DNA from: an uncultured Planctomycetia bacterium
Lineage (GTDB): Bacteria > Omnitrophota > Gorgyraeia > Duberdicusellales > 4484-171
Assembly (NCBI GenBank): GCA_964536865.1
Contig: CAZHYN010000019.1
Span: 1-13,981, forward strand
DNA length: 13,981 nucleotides
Direction of reading: 5' to 3'
Shown here: positions 1 to 9,199 of the stretch, one piece after another
Layout: each line of letters begins with the position of its first letter
How positions within the stretch are numbered: position 1 is the first letter of the stretch
Translations under genes and position numbers: made by a program
Notes under the pieces: model-generated
Told to the model about the DNA's origin: nothing
Seen by the model: the letters and a program-made list of their open reading frames with translations, nothing else
The model's database searches: none

Positions 1-66
1 ATAGATTGGGTAAGATTTGCTCTTAAAAATAGATCCAGTTAATATAACGCTTCATTTAATTTTCCA

Positions 67-94
67 TTGCCTTTTTATTGTCCAGTGATATAAT
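67..94 (+). promoter_or_regulatory. Candidate sigma70-type promoter for ilvB (TTGCCT, 16-nt spacer, TGaTATAAT extended -10)
   Basis: TTGCCT at 67-72, 16-nt spacer, TG at 86-87 and TATAAT at 89-94. The predicted transcription start falls only a few nt before the ilvB ATG at 105. No Shine-Dalgarno sequence is visible between them. Confidence 0.4.
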
Positions 95-104
95 TTAAAT
101 TACT

Positions 105-1781
105 ATGAAAGGTGCTCAAATCTTGGTTGAGAGCCTCCTTAAAGAGAATGTTGAGGTAATGTTTGGTTATCCGGGAGGGGCGGTTCTACCTGTTTTTGAC
201 TTTCTCTACGATGCCCCTATAAGGTTTGTTCTCTCTCGGCATGAACAAGGCGCTGCTCATATGGCTGATGGATATGCTCGTTCTACGGGCAAGGTAGGTG
301 TTTGTATCGCAACTAGTGGGCCGGGAGCTACTAATCTCACTACGGGTATTGCTACTGCTTATATGGATTCTGTGCCTATCGTAGCGATCACAGGACAAGT
401 TAGGACTTCTTTGATTGGTAACGATGCCTTTCAAGAAGCTGATGTTACCGGTATTACTCGTTCTATTACCAAACATAACTATCTCGTGAAGGATGTTAAA
501 GATTTAGCACATACGATAAAAGAATCCTTCTATATCGCAAAGAGTGGTCGACCAGGGCCAGTTTTAGTGGATCTACCAGTAGATGTTCAACTTCAGGAGA
601 CTGAGTTTATTTATCCCCAAACTATTAATATAAGAAGCTATAGACCTACTTACATTGGTCACCCTGGCCAAATTAAGAAAGCATTGAAGTTGATTTATAA
701 TTGTCAGCGTCCTGTGATTTTGGCAGGAGGAGGAATTATTATTTCTTCTGCTTCTAAGGAGCTTAGAGAGTTTGCAGAAAAAATTAACGCACCTGTTACT
801 ACTACTTTAATGGGGTTAGGGGGGTTTCCTGCTACTCATCCTCTTAGTTTAGGTATGCCAGGTATGCATGGGACAGTTTATGCCAACATGGCAATTACAG
901 AAAGTGATTTGATTATAAGTGTAGGGTGTCGATTTGATGATAGGGTGACAGGAAGAGTGGATGCTTTTGCACCAGGAGCGAAGATAATTCATATAGACAT
1001 TGATCCAACTTCTATAAGTAAAAATATAAAAGTAGATGTACCTATTGTAGGAGATGCTAAAAATGTATTAAGAGACTTTTTAGAAGAACTGGATTCCTCT
1101 AAATTATCTAATCTGGATAGGTGGCATCAACGGATAAAAGAGTGGAAGAAGAAATATCCTTTAACTTATAAGAGGAGCTCTCAGGGAAAGATTAAACCTC
1201 AGCATGTAGTAGAGGAGCTGTACATTCAGACTAAAGGAGAAGCTATTATTACTACAGAAGTAGGTCAGAATCAGATGTGGGCTGCTCAGTTTTATAAGAT
1301 TGATACTCCTCGTCATTTTCTTTCTAGCGGGGGCTTGGGAACAATGGGGTATGGCTTTCCTGCTAGTATTGGTGCCAAAGTAGGTAACCCTGAGAAAGAA
1401 GTTATTGATATTGCTGGAGATGGTTCTATTCAGATGAATATTCAAGAGTTAGCCACAGTTGCTACTTACAATATTGCCGTTAAGGTAGTAATTTTGAATA
1501 ATAATTATTTAGGGATGGTAAGACAATGGCAGGAGCTTTTCTATAAAAGAAGGTATTCAGCGACTCATCTCAAAAATCCTGATTTCGTAAAAGTAGCTGA
1601 GGGTTTTGGCGTTAAAGCAATGAGAGTTACTAGAGAAAGTGAGCTTAAAAAAGCAATTGAAGAAATTATTTCTTATAAAGGTCCGGTTTTAGCAGATTTT
1701 TGGATAGAGGAAGAAGAGAATGTTTTCCCCATGGTCCCTGCAGGAGAGGCGATCAACAGAATGATCGGGGGTATGGCTTAA
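105..1781 (+). CDS. ilvB: Acetolactate (acetohydroxyacid) synthase large catalytic subunit, ThDP-dependent
   Basis: 558-aa ORF. N-terminal [13 protein letters not shown], then [32 protein letters not shown]-terminal ThDP/Mg motif [12 protein letters not shown]...NNNYLGMV. Operon context with ilvN and ilvC. Confidence 0.95.
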   Translation: MKGAQILVESLLKENVEVMFGYPGGAVLPVFDFLYDAPIRFVLSRHEQGAAHMADGYARSTGKVGVCIATSGPGATNLTTGIATAYMDSVPIVAITGQVRTSLIGNDAFQEADVTGITRSITKHNYLVKDVKDLAHTIKESFYIAKSGRPGPVLVDLPVDVQLQETEFIYPQTINIRSYRPTYIGHPGQIKKALKLIYNCQRPVILAGGGIIISSASKELREFAEKINAPVTTTLMGLGGFPATHPLSLGMPGMHGTVYANMAITESDLIISVGCRFDDRVTGRVDAFAPGAKIIHIDIDPTSISKNIKVDVPIVGDAKNVLRDFLEELDSSKLSNLDRWHQRIKEWKKKYPLTYKRSSQGKIKPQHVVEELYIQTKGEAIITTEVGQNQMWAAQFYKIDTPRHFLSSGGLGTMGYGFPASIGAKVGNPEKEVIDIAGDGSIQMNIQELATVATYNIAVKVVILNNNYLGMVRQWQELFYKRRYSATHLKNPDFVKVAEGFGVKAMRVTRESELKKAIEEIISYKGPVLADFWIEEEENVFPMVPAGEAINRMIGGMA

Positions 1782-3217
1782 TGGGGAAAGAGAAAATAGT
1801 TGTTTCTTACCACTCTCTTTTGAGAAAGTTCAATATATTTTTCATTTTCTCTTCTCTTATTCCGTTTCTAATAATTTTTTACTTTTATCTTCAAACTTTC
1901 ACCATGGGGAAGGTGATAATAGATGAGCATAGTTTATTTTTTCTCCTTATAGGAGTAGGAGTTATTTCTCTTATCTGTTTTTTGCTTTCACGGAGTTATT
2001 TAGTGAAAATAATTAAGTTAACTCAAAAAATAAGAGAGTCTTTATTTAAAAAAATAGATAGAGAAATGATTCTAGAACTTACTAAAGATGGAAGTGAGGT
2101 TGCTCAACTAGCAAAAGCATTCGGAGATATTTTACAGCGATTGGAAGATAATATAAAAGAGTTAGAAGAAACAAGAAGAAAGTTTTACGATATCCTCTCT
2201 AAGGTAGGAAAAGCTTTAACTTCTATTGATAATTTTGACTCACTTATTCATTTAATCTTAGAAACAACTGTTGAGGCTTTAGATGTAGAGAAGGGAGTAT
2301 TCTTTGTTGCTCAAGAAAACGGTACTTTTCAGTTGAAAAGTAGTGTAGGTTTAGAAGACACTTCATTAGATAAAGTTCTAAAGGAAAGTGCTTCTTTTAC
2401 TGAGTTGGTAACTAAGGAGAAAAAGATTGTTTTTCTTCCTTCTTTAGAGAGGGAAGAAGAAAAAAAGATATTTGTTTATCCTCTTGTGTGCGCACCTCTT
2501 ATTTATCATGATAAGTTATGGGGAGTTCTTTGCTTGAGCGGTAGGAAGAGACAAAATAATTTTACTGATGATGAGTTAAGAATAATTTCCCACTTAAGTT
2601 ATCAGCTTGCAGTAGCATTCGAAAATATGAAGCTGAATAAGGATATGGAAAGGACTTATTTTGAAACTATTGCTGCCCTGGCTTTAGCAGTGGAAGCAAA
2701 AGATCCTTATTCTAGGGGGCATTCAGAGAGAGTAGGCAGATATGCAGTCAAGCTTGCCAGAGAATTAGGTCTGTCTGAAGAAGATATTCATACTCTTCAA
2801 GATGCCTCTCGTCTTCACGATATTGGTAAAATTGGGATTACTGATATTCTCTTAAAGAAAGAAGGCGAGCTAAGTCCCCAAGAGCGGGAAATTCTAAGAA
2901 AACATTCTACTATTGGAGAAAGCATAGTTAAACCTTTAAAAACATTTCAACATCTCCTAGAGCCTATTAGACATCATCATGAGTATTTAGATGGTTCTGG
3001 ATATCCGGATGGTATAAAAGGGGATCAAATCCCTTTAATTACTCGGATTCTTACAGTAGCGGATATCTTTGATGCTCTTACTACTGATAGGCCTTACCGA
3101 AAAGCAAAGAGTTTTTCCGAGGCTAAAAAAGATTTACAAGATTTGGTAGAGAAAGGTAAAATTGACAAGAAGGTTGTAGACACTCTTTTTGTTCTTATAG
3201 AAGAAGGAAGATTATGA
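1781..3217 (+). CDS. Membrane-anchored HAMP-GAF-HD-GYP protein (predicted c-di-GMP phosphodiesterase)
   Basis: The track ORF starts at 1700 inside ilvB. The likely start is ATG 1781 (MGKEKIVV), which shares the A of the ilvB TAA stop (TAATG). Two hydrophobic helices (FNIFFIFSSLIPFLIIFYFYL and LFFLLIGVGVISLICFLL) flank a short loop. A HAMP-like coiled segment follows, then a GAF-like region (LIHLILETTVEAL...WGVLCLSG...ELRIISHLSYQLAVAFEN). HD is in RLHDIGKIG (codons 2816-2821). HHHEYLDGSGYP, matching HHExxDGxGYP, is at 2972-3007. DALTTDRPYR is also present. Confidence 0.85.
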   Translation: MGKEKIVVSYHSLLRKFNIFFIFSSLIPFLIIFYFYLQTFTMGKVIIDEHSLFFLLIGVGVISLICFLLSRSYLVKIIKLTQKIRESLFKKIDREMILELTKDGSEVAQLAKAFGDILQRLEDNIKELEETRRKFYDILSKVGKALTSIDNFDSLIHLILETTVEALDVEKGVFFVAQENGTFQLKSSVGLEDTSLDKVLKESASFTELVTKEKKIVFLPSLEREEEKKIFVYPLVCAPLIYHDKLWGVLCLSGRKRQNNFTDDELRIISHLSYQLAVAFENMKLNKDMERTYFETIAALALAVEAKDPYSRGHSERVGRYAVKLARELGLSEEDIHTLQDASRLHDIGKIGITDILLKKEGELSPQEREILRKHSTIGESIVKPLKTFQHLLEPIRHHHEYLDGSGYPDGIKGDQIPLITRILTVADIFDALTTDRPYRKAKSFSEAKKDLQDLVEKGKIDKKVVDTLFVLIEEGRL

Positions 3218-3687
3218 GGCACACTATTCAAGTATTGGTTGAAAATAAGTTTGGTGTATTAGCTAGAATTGCCTCCCTGTTTAGTGCCAGGGGTTACAAC
3301 ATTGATTCTTTAGCGGTAGGAGAGACCCAAGATCCTACAATTTCTTGCATGACTATTGTGGTAAATGCTGAGGATGAGAGAATTTTAGAACAGATAAAGA
3401 AACAGCTTCATAAGCTTATCGATGTCATTACAGTGGTAGATTTAACCAAAAAAAATTACATTGATAGGGAGTTAGTTTTAGTAAAGATTGGTAGAAAAGA
3501 AGGGGTAGAAAATCTTATTTTCTCTCTTAATTCTAAGTGTCTTATAAAGGTCTTGGAAGAAAGAGAGGATTGTTTTATTTTGGAAATATGCACAGACCAT
3601 TCTAGTTTAGAAGAGATCCTTAAGGAGTTAAGGAAGCCTGGAATAAAGGAATTAGTACGGACAGGAAAGATAGCAATTTCTAAGTAG
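3214..3687 (+). CDS. ilvN: Acetolactate synthase small (regulatory, ACT-domain) subunit
   Basis: 157-aa ORF. The N-terminus HTIQVLVENKFGVLARIASLFSARGYNIDSLAVGET is the classic AHAS small-subunit ACT domain. The start ATG overlaps the stop of the preceding HD-GYP gene (ATGA at 3214-3217). Confidence 0.9.
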   Translation: MRHTIQVLVENKFGVLARIASLFSARGYNIDSLAVGETQDPTISCMTIVVNAEDERILEQIKKQLHKLIDVITVVDLTKKNYIDRELVLVKIGRKEGVENLIFSLNSKCLIKVLEEREDCFILEICTDHSSLEEILKELRKPGIKELVRTGKIAISK

Positions 3688-3705
3688 CTTTTAAGGAGGT
3701 GGGCG

Positions 3706-4695
3706 ATGGTAAAAGTTTACTATGACAGAGATGTTAGTTTAGATATCTTAAAGAAGAAAACTGTAGCCATCATTGGATATGGAGCACAAGGAAGGGCTCA
3801 TGCTCTAAATTTGAGGGATTCTAAAATTAAAGTGGTAGTGGCAGAGCTTAAAGGGACTGCCAATTATCAACAAGCAAAGAGAGATGGGTTTAATCCTCTA
3901 TCTGCTTATCAGGCTTCTAAGGAAGCAGAAGTTATTCATATTCTTACTCAAGATAACGTTCAACCTAAAGTTTACAAAGAAGAGATTGAGCCTAACTTGG
4001 TTAAAGGAAAAGCTATAGGTTTTTCACACGGATTCAATATTCATTTTCATCAGATAGTTCCTCCTTCTTTTGTTGATGTGTATATGGTAGCTCCCAAGGG
4101 TCCAGGAACATTGGTAAGGGATATGTATCTACAGAAGAAAGGAGTACCTTCTCTGGTAGCAGTTTACCAAGATGCCTCTAAGAAAGCTAAGAAGATTGCT
4201 TTAGCTTATGCTAAAGCAATTGGAGGTACTCGTGCAGGAGTAATTGAGACTACATTTAAAGAAGAGACTGAGACAGATTTGTTTGGAGAGCAAGTAGTTT
4301 TATGTGGAGGGGTTACTAAACTTATCCAAAAGAGCTTTGAAACTTTAATTGAGGCAGGGTATCAGCCAGAGATTGCTTACTTTGAGTGCTGTCATGAATT
4401 AAAGTTAATTACTGATTTGATTTACTCAAGAGGTATAAAAGGAATGCGTGAGGTTATTTCTGATACTGCTGAATATGGAGATTTAACAAGAGGTAAGAGA
4501 ATAATTAATGAGACTACAGAGAAAGAGATGAGAAAGATTTTAGCAGAGATTCAGTCTGGAGAGTTTGCTAGAGAATGGATTTTAGAGAATATGGCTGGGC
4601 GTCCCGTGTTTAATGCTTTAAGAAAGAAAGAGAGTCAGCACTTGATAGAAAAGATTGGTGAGCGCCTAAGAAAGATGATGCCTTGGATAAAATGA
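3706..4695 (+). CDS. ilvC: Ketol-acid reductoisomerase (class I, about 330 aa)
   Basis: [19 protein letters not shown] Rossmann motif, then [29 protein letters not shown] and ISDTAEYG. Strong SD AAGGAGGT at 3693-3700, 5 nt before the ATG. Confidence 0.95.
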   Translation: MVKVYYDRDVSLDILKKKTVAIIGYGAQGRAHALNLRDSKIKVVVAELKGTANYQQAKRDGFNPLSAYQASKEAEVIHILTQDNVQPKVYKEEIEPNLVKGKAIGFSHGFNIHFHQIVPPSFVDVYMVAPKGPGTLVRDMYLQKKGVPSLVAVYQDASKKAKKIALAYAKAIGGTRAGVIETTFKEETETDLFGEQVVLCGGVTKLIQKSFETLIEAGYQPEIAYFECCHELKLITDLIYSRGIKGMREVISDTAEYGDLTRGKRIINETTEKEMRKILAEIQSGEFAREWILENMAGRPVFNALRKKESQHLIEKIGERLRKMMPWIK

Positions 4696-6194
4696 AAGAG
4701 AAGATTATTATTTTTGATACCACTTTAAGAGATGGTGAACAAGCGCCGGGAGCATCTCTAACTTCAGAACAGAAGCTAGAAGTAGCTTATCAGCTTCAGG
4801 AGTTAGGAGTAGATGTTATTGAAGCGGGTTTCCCTATCGCTAGTCCCGATGATTTCCGAGGAGTAAATTTAGTAGCTAAGAATATTAAGAGAAGTATAGT
4901 ATGTGGATTGGCAAGATGTGTGAAGGAGGATATTCAGGCAGTTTATAAAGCTATCAAGCCAGCTAAGCTTGCCCGCATTCATATATTTTTAGCTACTTCT
5001 AAAATTCATCTTAAATACAAATTCAGAAAAGCCGAGGATGAGATTTTAAGTATAGCTAAAAAAGCCACTAGGTTTGCTAAAGGTCTCTTCGAAGATATAG
5101 AGTTTTCTCCCGAAGATGCCACTCGGACAGAAAGAGATTTTTTGTATAGAATTATTGAGACAGTCATAAAAGAAGGAGCAAAAACTATAAATATTCCTGA
5201 TACAGTAGGCTATAGTTACCCTCAGGAGATTTTTTCCCTTATAGAAGATATACGGAATAATGTTCCCAATATAAATAAAGCAGTGATTTCTATCCACTGT
5301 CATGATGATTTGGGGTTATCGGTAGCTAATTCTCTCTCCGCGATTTTGGCAGGAGCTAGACAGGTTCACTGTACAGTTAATGGAATTGGAGAACGTGCAG
5401 GGAATGCTTCCTTAGAAGAGATTGTAATGATTCTGAAGACACGGAAGGATGTTTTCAAGCGTTTCTCTACTGGGATAAATACTAGAGAGCTTCTTCGTAC
5501 CTCAAGATTAGTGAGTACTCTTACAGGTTTTGTTGTACCTCCTAACAAAGCTGTCGTAGGAGTAAATGCTTTTCGGCATGAATCTGGAATACATCAGGAT
5601 GCGATTTTAAAGAAAAGAATTACTTATGAGATTATTGATCCCAAAGAAGTAGGAGCTAGTCAAACTCAACTAGTGTTGGGTAAGCATTCTGGGAGACATG
5701 CCTTAGCTAAGAGATTAAGAGACTTGGGATTCAAGTTGAATGAGAAAAAAATCAATACCATTTTTAGGAAGTTCAAAGAACTTGCTGATAAGAAAAAAGA
5801 GATATTCGACGATGATCTTCTCGCTTTGGTAGAGGAGGAGATTCGTCAGAAGAAGAAAAAGTGGGAGTTGGTTTCTGTGAGGATTGTTACGGGAACTGAT
5901 ATTGTCCCCTTAGCTACAGTGAAAATTAAACATAAAAAAGATGTATATCAGGTTAAATCTCAAGGGGATGGTCCTGTGGATGCTTGTTTTAAGGCGATCG
6001 ATAAAATTACTAAGGTTAAACCAAAACTTCTAAACTATAAGCTAGAAGCAATTACTCGAGGTAAAGACGCTCAAGGGTTAGTGCGTTTAGAGATAAGGCT
6101 AAGAAATAAAGTTTTCTCTGGCATGGGAACAAGTACAGATATTTTAGAAGCATCGGTAAAGGCTTATTTAGATGCTGTAAATAAGGCTTTTTAA
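4692..6194 (+). CDS. leuA: 2-isopropylmalate synthase
   Basis: [65 protein letters not shown] and a C-terminal LeuA-dimer-like regulatory domain. The track begins at TTG 4683. ATG 4692 (MKEKIII) overlaps the ilvC stop as ATGA and is preferred. The start codon remains uncertain by 9 nt. Confidence 0.88.
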   Translation: MKEKIIIFDTTLRDGEQAPGASLTSEQKLEVAYQLQELGVDVIEAGFPIASPDDFRGVNLVAKNIKRSIVCGLARCVKEDIQAVYKAIKPAKLARIHIFLATSKIHLKYKFRKAEDEILSIAKKATRFAKGLFEDIEFSPEDATRTERDFLYRIIETVIKEGAKTINIPDTVGYSYPQEIFSLIEDIRNNVPNINKAVISIHCHDDLGLSVANSLSAILAGARQVHCTVNGIGERAGNASLEEIVMILKTRKDVFKRFSTGINTRELLRTSRLVSTLTGFVVPPNKAVVGVNAFRHESGIHQDAILKKRITYEIIDPKEVGASQTQLVLGKHSGRHALAKRLRDLGFKLNEKKINTIFRKFKELADKKKEIFDDDLLALVEEEIRQKKKKWELVSVRIVTGTDIVPLATVKIKHKKDVYQVKSQGDGPVDACFKAIDKITKVKPKLLNYKLEAITRGKDAQGLVRLEIRLRNKVFSGMGTSTDILEASVKAYLDAVNKAF

Positions 6195-6207
6195 AGCATA
6201 GTGAAAG

Positions 6208-7074
6208 TTGAAAATAAGTAGGGATTTTCCTGATAGTCAAACTAAATTCTTAGGATTAATTGGGTTCCCTATAAAACATTCTCTTTCTCCTCAGATTCAT
6301 AATTACCTCTTTAAGAAGTACTCCTTAAATTATATCTATGGTTGCTTTGAAGTTAGACATCTAAAAGAAGTAGTAAGGGGACTTTCTAATTTGGGATTCA
6401 TAGGTTTCAATATCACTATTCCTTATAAAGAAAAGATTATTTCTTATCTTGATAGAGTAGATAAGGAAGCGGAAATTATTGGTGCAGTAAATACAGTAAA
6501 AATTAATCACAATGGTTTAACAGGTTTTAATACCGATGGAAGAGGATTCTTAAAGAGCTTAGAGGAGTTTGGTTTTACTTCCCAAGGAAAAGCGGTGTTA
6601 ATTTTGGGAGCAGGCGGAGGAGCAAAAGCAATAGCTACTTATTTGGCTAAGACAAGAGTAAAGATAATTGCTGTTTATGATATTATTTATAGAAAATCTT
6701 CTTTCTTAAAAAATAGGTTAAGTAGGTTTTTCCCCGAAACAGAGGTGGTGGCCCTAAAGGAAAAAAAGGAGATATCTTTGAAAGAGTTTGATTTGGTAGT
6801 TAACGCCACAGGAGTGGGGTTAAAGAAAAAAGATCCTTCTCCTATAAAGTTAGAAGGAGCGAAAAAACACTTAGTTGTCTATGATTTAATTTATAATCCC
6901 TTACTTACTTCTTTCCTTAAAGAAGCAAAGAAAAAAAAGCTTCTGGTTATAAATGGGTTGTGGATGCTTATATGGCAAGCTTTGGAAGCAGAAAGAATCT
7001 GGTTAGGAAGAAATTTCTATAAAGAGGCTCCAACTATTTATCAAATATTAACTAGGCATCTGGGAAAATGTTAG
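6208..7074 (+). CDS. aroE: Shikimate dehydrogenase
   Basis: GLIGFPIKHSLSPQIHN, NITIPYKEKI, GAVNTV, GFNTDGRGF, LGAGGGAKAI and YDLIYNP motifs. Apparent TTG start at 6208. No in-frame ATG lies upstream of the conserved N-terminal motif. Confidence 0.85.
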   Translation: MKISRDFPDSQTKFLGLIGFPIKHSLSPQIHNYLFKKYSLNYIYGCFEVRHLKEVVRGLSNLGFIGFNITIPYKEKIISYLDRVDKEAEIIGAVNTVKINHNGLTGFNTDGRGFLKSLEEFGFTSQGKAVLILGAGGGAKAIATYLAKTRVKIIAVYDIIYRKSSFLKNRLSRFFPETEVVALKEKKEISLKEFDLVVNATGVGLKKKDPSPIKLEGAKKHLVVYDLIYNPLLTSFLKEAKKKKLLVINGLWMLIWQALEAERIWLGRNFYKEAPTIYQILTRHLGKC

Positions 7075-7895
7075 TAGGATTGTTTGTTTTTGTTTTAGGA
7101 AGTTGTGTAGGGAGTTTTTTAAATGTCTGTATCTACCGGATGCCTAGAGAGATTTCTATAGTAAGACCGTTTTCCTTTTGCCCAAAATGTAAAGCTTCCA
7201 TAAAGTGGTATGATAACATTCCTATCTTAGGATTCTTCCTCTTAGGAGGGAAATGCAGGAGCTGTAAAGAGCCAATTTCTCCTAGATATCCATTAGTAGA
7301 GGCTATTACCGCCAGCTTATTTTTAATTCTTTATATCAAGTTTGGTTTAAGTTTTTCTCTCCTAAAGTATATCTTACTTTTCTCTCTCTTGGTTGTTGTC
7401 TCTTTTATTGATATAGATTATCATGCTCTTCCTATTTCTCTGTGTTTCATAGGGGTAAGTTTAGGAGTAATTCTTTCCCTTTACGAAACTATCTATACCA
7501 TAACTAAGTGGGGGATATCAAATCTCTATGCTCTTCCTATAACTAAATCTTTAATAGGGTTAATTACAGGATTTGGTTTTACTTATGCCTTTAAGTTTTT
7601 TGGGGATATATTTATTAGTTTATATTTAGCATTTAGAGGTAAAGAGTCCATCGAAGGTGAGAAAGAATCTTTAGGTTTAGGGGACGTGGATTTTATGGGG
7701 ATGGTAGGAGTATTTTTAGGGGCAAAACTTACTATTTTAGCTTTTTTTCTCGCACCTTTTCTTGCTATTTTCTACTCTATTTTTGCTTTAATTTTTAAAC
7801 GCTCCCACATAATTCCTTACCTTCCTTATCTCTCTTTAGCAAGTTTTTTATCTTTTATGTGGGGAGATGTTATCTTAAATCTTTTAAAGTTTTAA
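7068..7895 (+). CDS. pilD: Prepilin peptidase / N-methyltransferase (A24 family)
   Basis: N-terminal CPKC...CRSC zinc-type pair (FCPKCKASIKWYDNIPILGFFLLGGKCRSCKEPISPRYPLVE) and polytopic membrane body. Candidate catalytic Asp motifs are IDIDYHALP (7407-7433) and GLGDVDF (Asp codon 7683-7685). Overlaps the aroE stop by 7 nt. Confidence 0.85.
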   Translation: MLVGLFVFVLGSCVGSFLNVCIYRMPREISIVRPFSFCPKCKASIKWYDNIPILGFFLLGGKCRSCKEPISPRYPLVEAITASLFLILYIKFGLSFSLLKYILLFSLLVVVSFIDIDYHALPISLCFIGVSLGVILSLYETIYTITKWGISNLYALPITKSLIGLITGFGFTYAFKFFGDIFISLYLAFRGKESIEGEKESLGLGDVDFMGMVGVFLGAKLTILAFFLAPFLAIFYSIFALIFKRSHIIPYLPYLSLASFLSFMWGDVILNLLKF

Positions 7896-7906
7896 GGAGG
7901 AAAAAA

Positions 7907-9034
7907 ATGAGATTTTTAACTGGAGGAGAGTCGCATTCAAAAGCTATAGTAGCAATTTTAGAGGGTTTTCCTAAGGGAGTAAAGGTAGATGAAAGAGTTA
8001 TTAATCGAGAGTTAGAGAGAAGACAGCAAGGTTTTGGAAGAGGTAAGCGAATGCAGATAGAGAAAGATAGAGTAGAGATCATTTCTGGTTTAAGAAACAA
8101 AGTAACACTAGGAAGCCCCATATGCATGGTGGTAGAAAATAGGGACCAAAAAATTTACCCACAAAAGAAAGATAAATTATTACCTCTTAGGGTCCCCCGA
8201 CCTGGGCATGGAGATTTAGCTGGTTCTATTAAGTATGGAGAGAAAGATATAACCAATATCTTAGAGAGAGCTTCGGCGAGAACCACTGTTGCTTGGGTAT
8301 GTATAGGAAGTATTTGCAAACAACTCCTTTCCCAATTCAATATAAAGATAGCTAGTTATGTAGTAAGTGTAGGAAGAATTTTTTCTTCTAAAAGACCTAA
8401 GAGTGTAGAAGAGATAATTAAAAAGACCAAAAAATCCCCCCTTAACTGTATTGATGGAGAAAGAGAGAAATCAATGTTAGAGGAAATAAAGAGGGCGGAA
8501 AGAGCAGGAGATACCCTAGGGGGAGTTGTAGAGATTTGGGCCCAAGGTGTACCACCTGGCTTGGGGAGTTTTATGCATCTAGATAGAAGGTTGGATGCAA
8601 GGATTGCCTTTTATTTAATGGGCCTTCCCGGGGTCAAGGGTGTAGAGATAGGGTTAGGATTTGAGTATGCTCGAAAGAGAGGCTCTTCCTCTCACGATGT
8701 AATCAGTTACTCTTCCCTTAAAGGTTTTTACCGGAAGTCCAATAACTGTGGAGGGATCGAAGCAGGCATTTCCAATGGTGAGCCTATAGTAGTGAGGGTA
8801 GGGATGAAGCCCATTTCTACCTTAAGAAAGCCTCTTGATTCGGTAAATCTCTTGACTAAAAAGAGAGAGAAAGCACCGGTGATTCGTTCTGATATTTGTG
8901 CCATAGTTCCACTCGGGGTAATTGGAGAAAGTATGCTGGCTATAGCTTTAGGGGAACTATTTTTAGAGAAATTTGGAAGCGATTCTCTAAAAGAGATAAA
9001 GAGAAATTACAGAAATTATCTGAAAGCTTTATAA
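7907..9034 (+). CDS. aroC: Chorismate synthase
   Basis: MRFLTGGESHSKAIVAILEGFPKG, RRQQGFGRGKRMQIE, RPGHGDL, ERASARTT and RSDICAVP-like RSDICAIVP motifs. The track ORF starts at 7859. The true start is taken as ATG 7907, preceded by SD AAGGAGG (7894-7900) directly after the pilD stop. Confidence 0.92.
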   Translation: MRFLTGGESHSKAIVAILEGFPKGVKVDERVINRELERRQQGFGRGKRMQIEKDRVEIISGLRNKVTLGSPICMVVENRDQKIYPQKKDKLLPLRVPRPGHGDLAGSIKYGEKDITNILERASARTTVAWVCIGSICKQLLSQFNIKIASYVVSVGRIFSSKRPKSVEEIIKKTKKSPLNCIDGEREKSMLEEIKRAERAGDTLGGVVEIWAQGVPPGLGSFMHLDRRLDARIAFYLMGLPGVKGVEIGLGFEYARKRGSSSHDVISYSSLKGFYRKSNNCGGIEAGISNGEPIVVRVGMKPISTLRKPLDSVNLLTKKREKAPVIRSDICAIVPLGVIGESMLAIALGELFLEKFGSDSLKEIKRNYRNYLKAL

Positions 9035-9114
9035 AATCTATCCTCTATATATAGTAGGTCTTCATCTATACCTCAAAATATTCTATTTTTTTAACTTTTC
9101 TTCTTAATCTTTTC

Positions 9115-9143
9115 TTGACACTTATTCTGAAAAGTAATTTAAT
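9115..9143 (+). promoter_or_regulatory. Candidate sigma70-type promoter of the pilus/secretion module (TTGACA, 17-nt spacer, TTTAAT)
   Basis: Perfect -35 TTGACA at 9115-9120, 17-nt spacer, TTTAAT at 9138-9143. A T-rich tract lies upstream. It sits in the only long intergenic gap of the window (9035-9199). Confidence 0.45.
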
Positions 9144-9158
9144 TTAACTGTAGTTAAA
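9143..9158. promoter_or_regulatory. Inverted repeat TTTAAC-tgta-GTTAAA overlapping the -10 and predicted transcription start (candidate operator)
   Basis: 6-bp perfect arms with a 4-nt spacer, read directly from the sequence. The position is suited to autoregulation by the downstream HTH protein. It is short and AT-rich, so a chance occurrence is possible. Confidence 0.25.
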
Positions 9159-9199
9159 GTATACCAAGGTGTATCAGGGGCTATTAAAAATGATCTGGT

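Noticed and set aside
1-42. An open frame running from the window edge to TAA at 40-42 (IDWVRFALKNRSS*), possibly the 3' end of an upstream gene.
   Set aside because: Only 13 codons are visible. There is no way to support it from this window.
186-476. Minus-strand ORFs in the track: 186-476, 1161-1445, 5046-5303, 5366-5548, 6052-6240, 7870-8127, 8155-8340, 11014-11346 and 11283-11684.
   Set aside because: Every one lies antisense within a well-supported + strand gene. They have low-complexity or odd composition (S/R/F/L-rich), no recognisable motifs and no SD context. I take them to be shadow ORFs of the AT-rich coding strand.
1700-1780. The upstream extension of the HD-GYP ORF ([27 protein letters not shown]), starting at ATG 1700 inside ilvB.
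   Set aside because: It is an out-of-frame read of the conserved ilvB C-terminus. It is Arg/Gly/Cys-rich, unlike the rest of the proteome here. ATG 1781 gives a TAATG junction and a sensible N-terminus before the first transmembrane helix.
7859-7906. The upstream extension of aroC (MGRCYLKSFKVLRRKK), overlapping the pilD 3' end.
   Set aside because: The conserved chorismate synthase N-terminus (MRFLTGGESH) begins at ATG 7907, with a consensus AAGGAGG SD 6 nt upstream. The extension is unnecessary.
9035-9095. A possible intrinsic terminator after aroC, made of the palindrome CTATATATAG (9045-9054), a 4-bp AGGT/ACCT stem and a T-run at 9086-9092.
   Set aside because: The stems are AT-only or only 4 bp, and they are not adjacent to the T-run. 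This is not a convincing rho-independent terminator. Read-through from aroC into the filament cluster therefore cannot be excluded.
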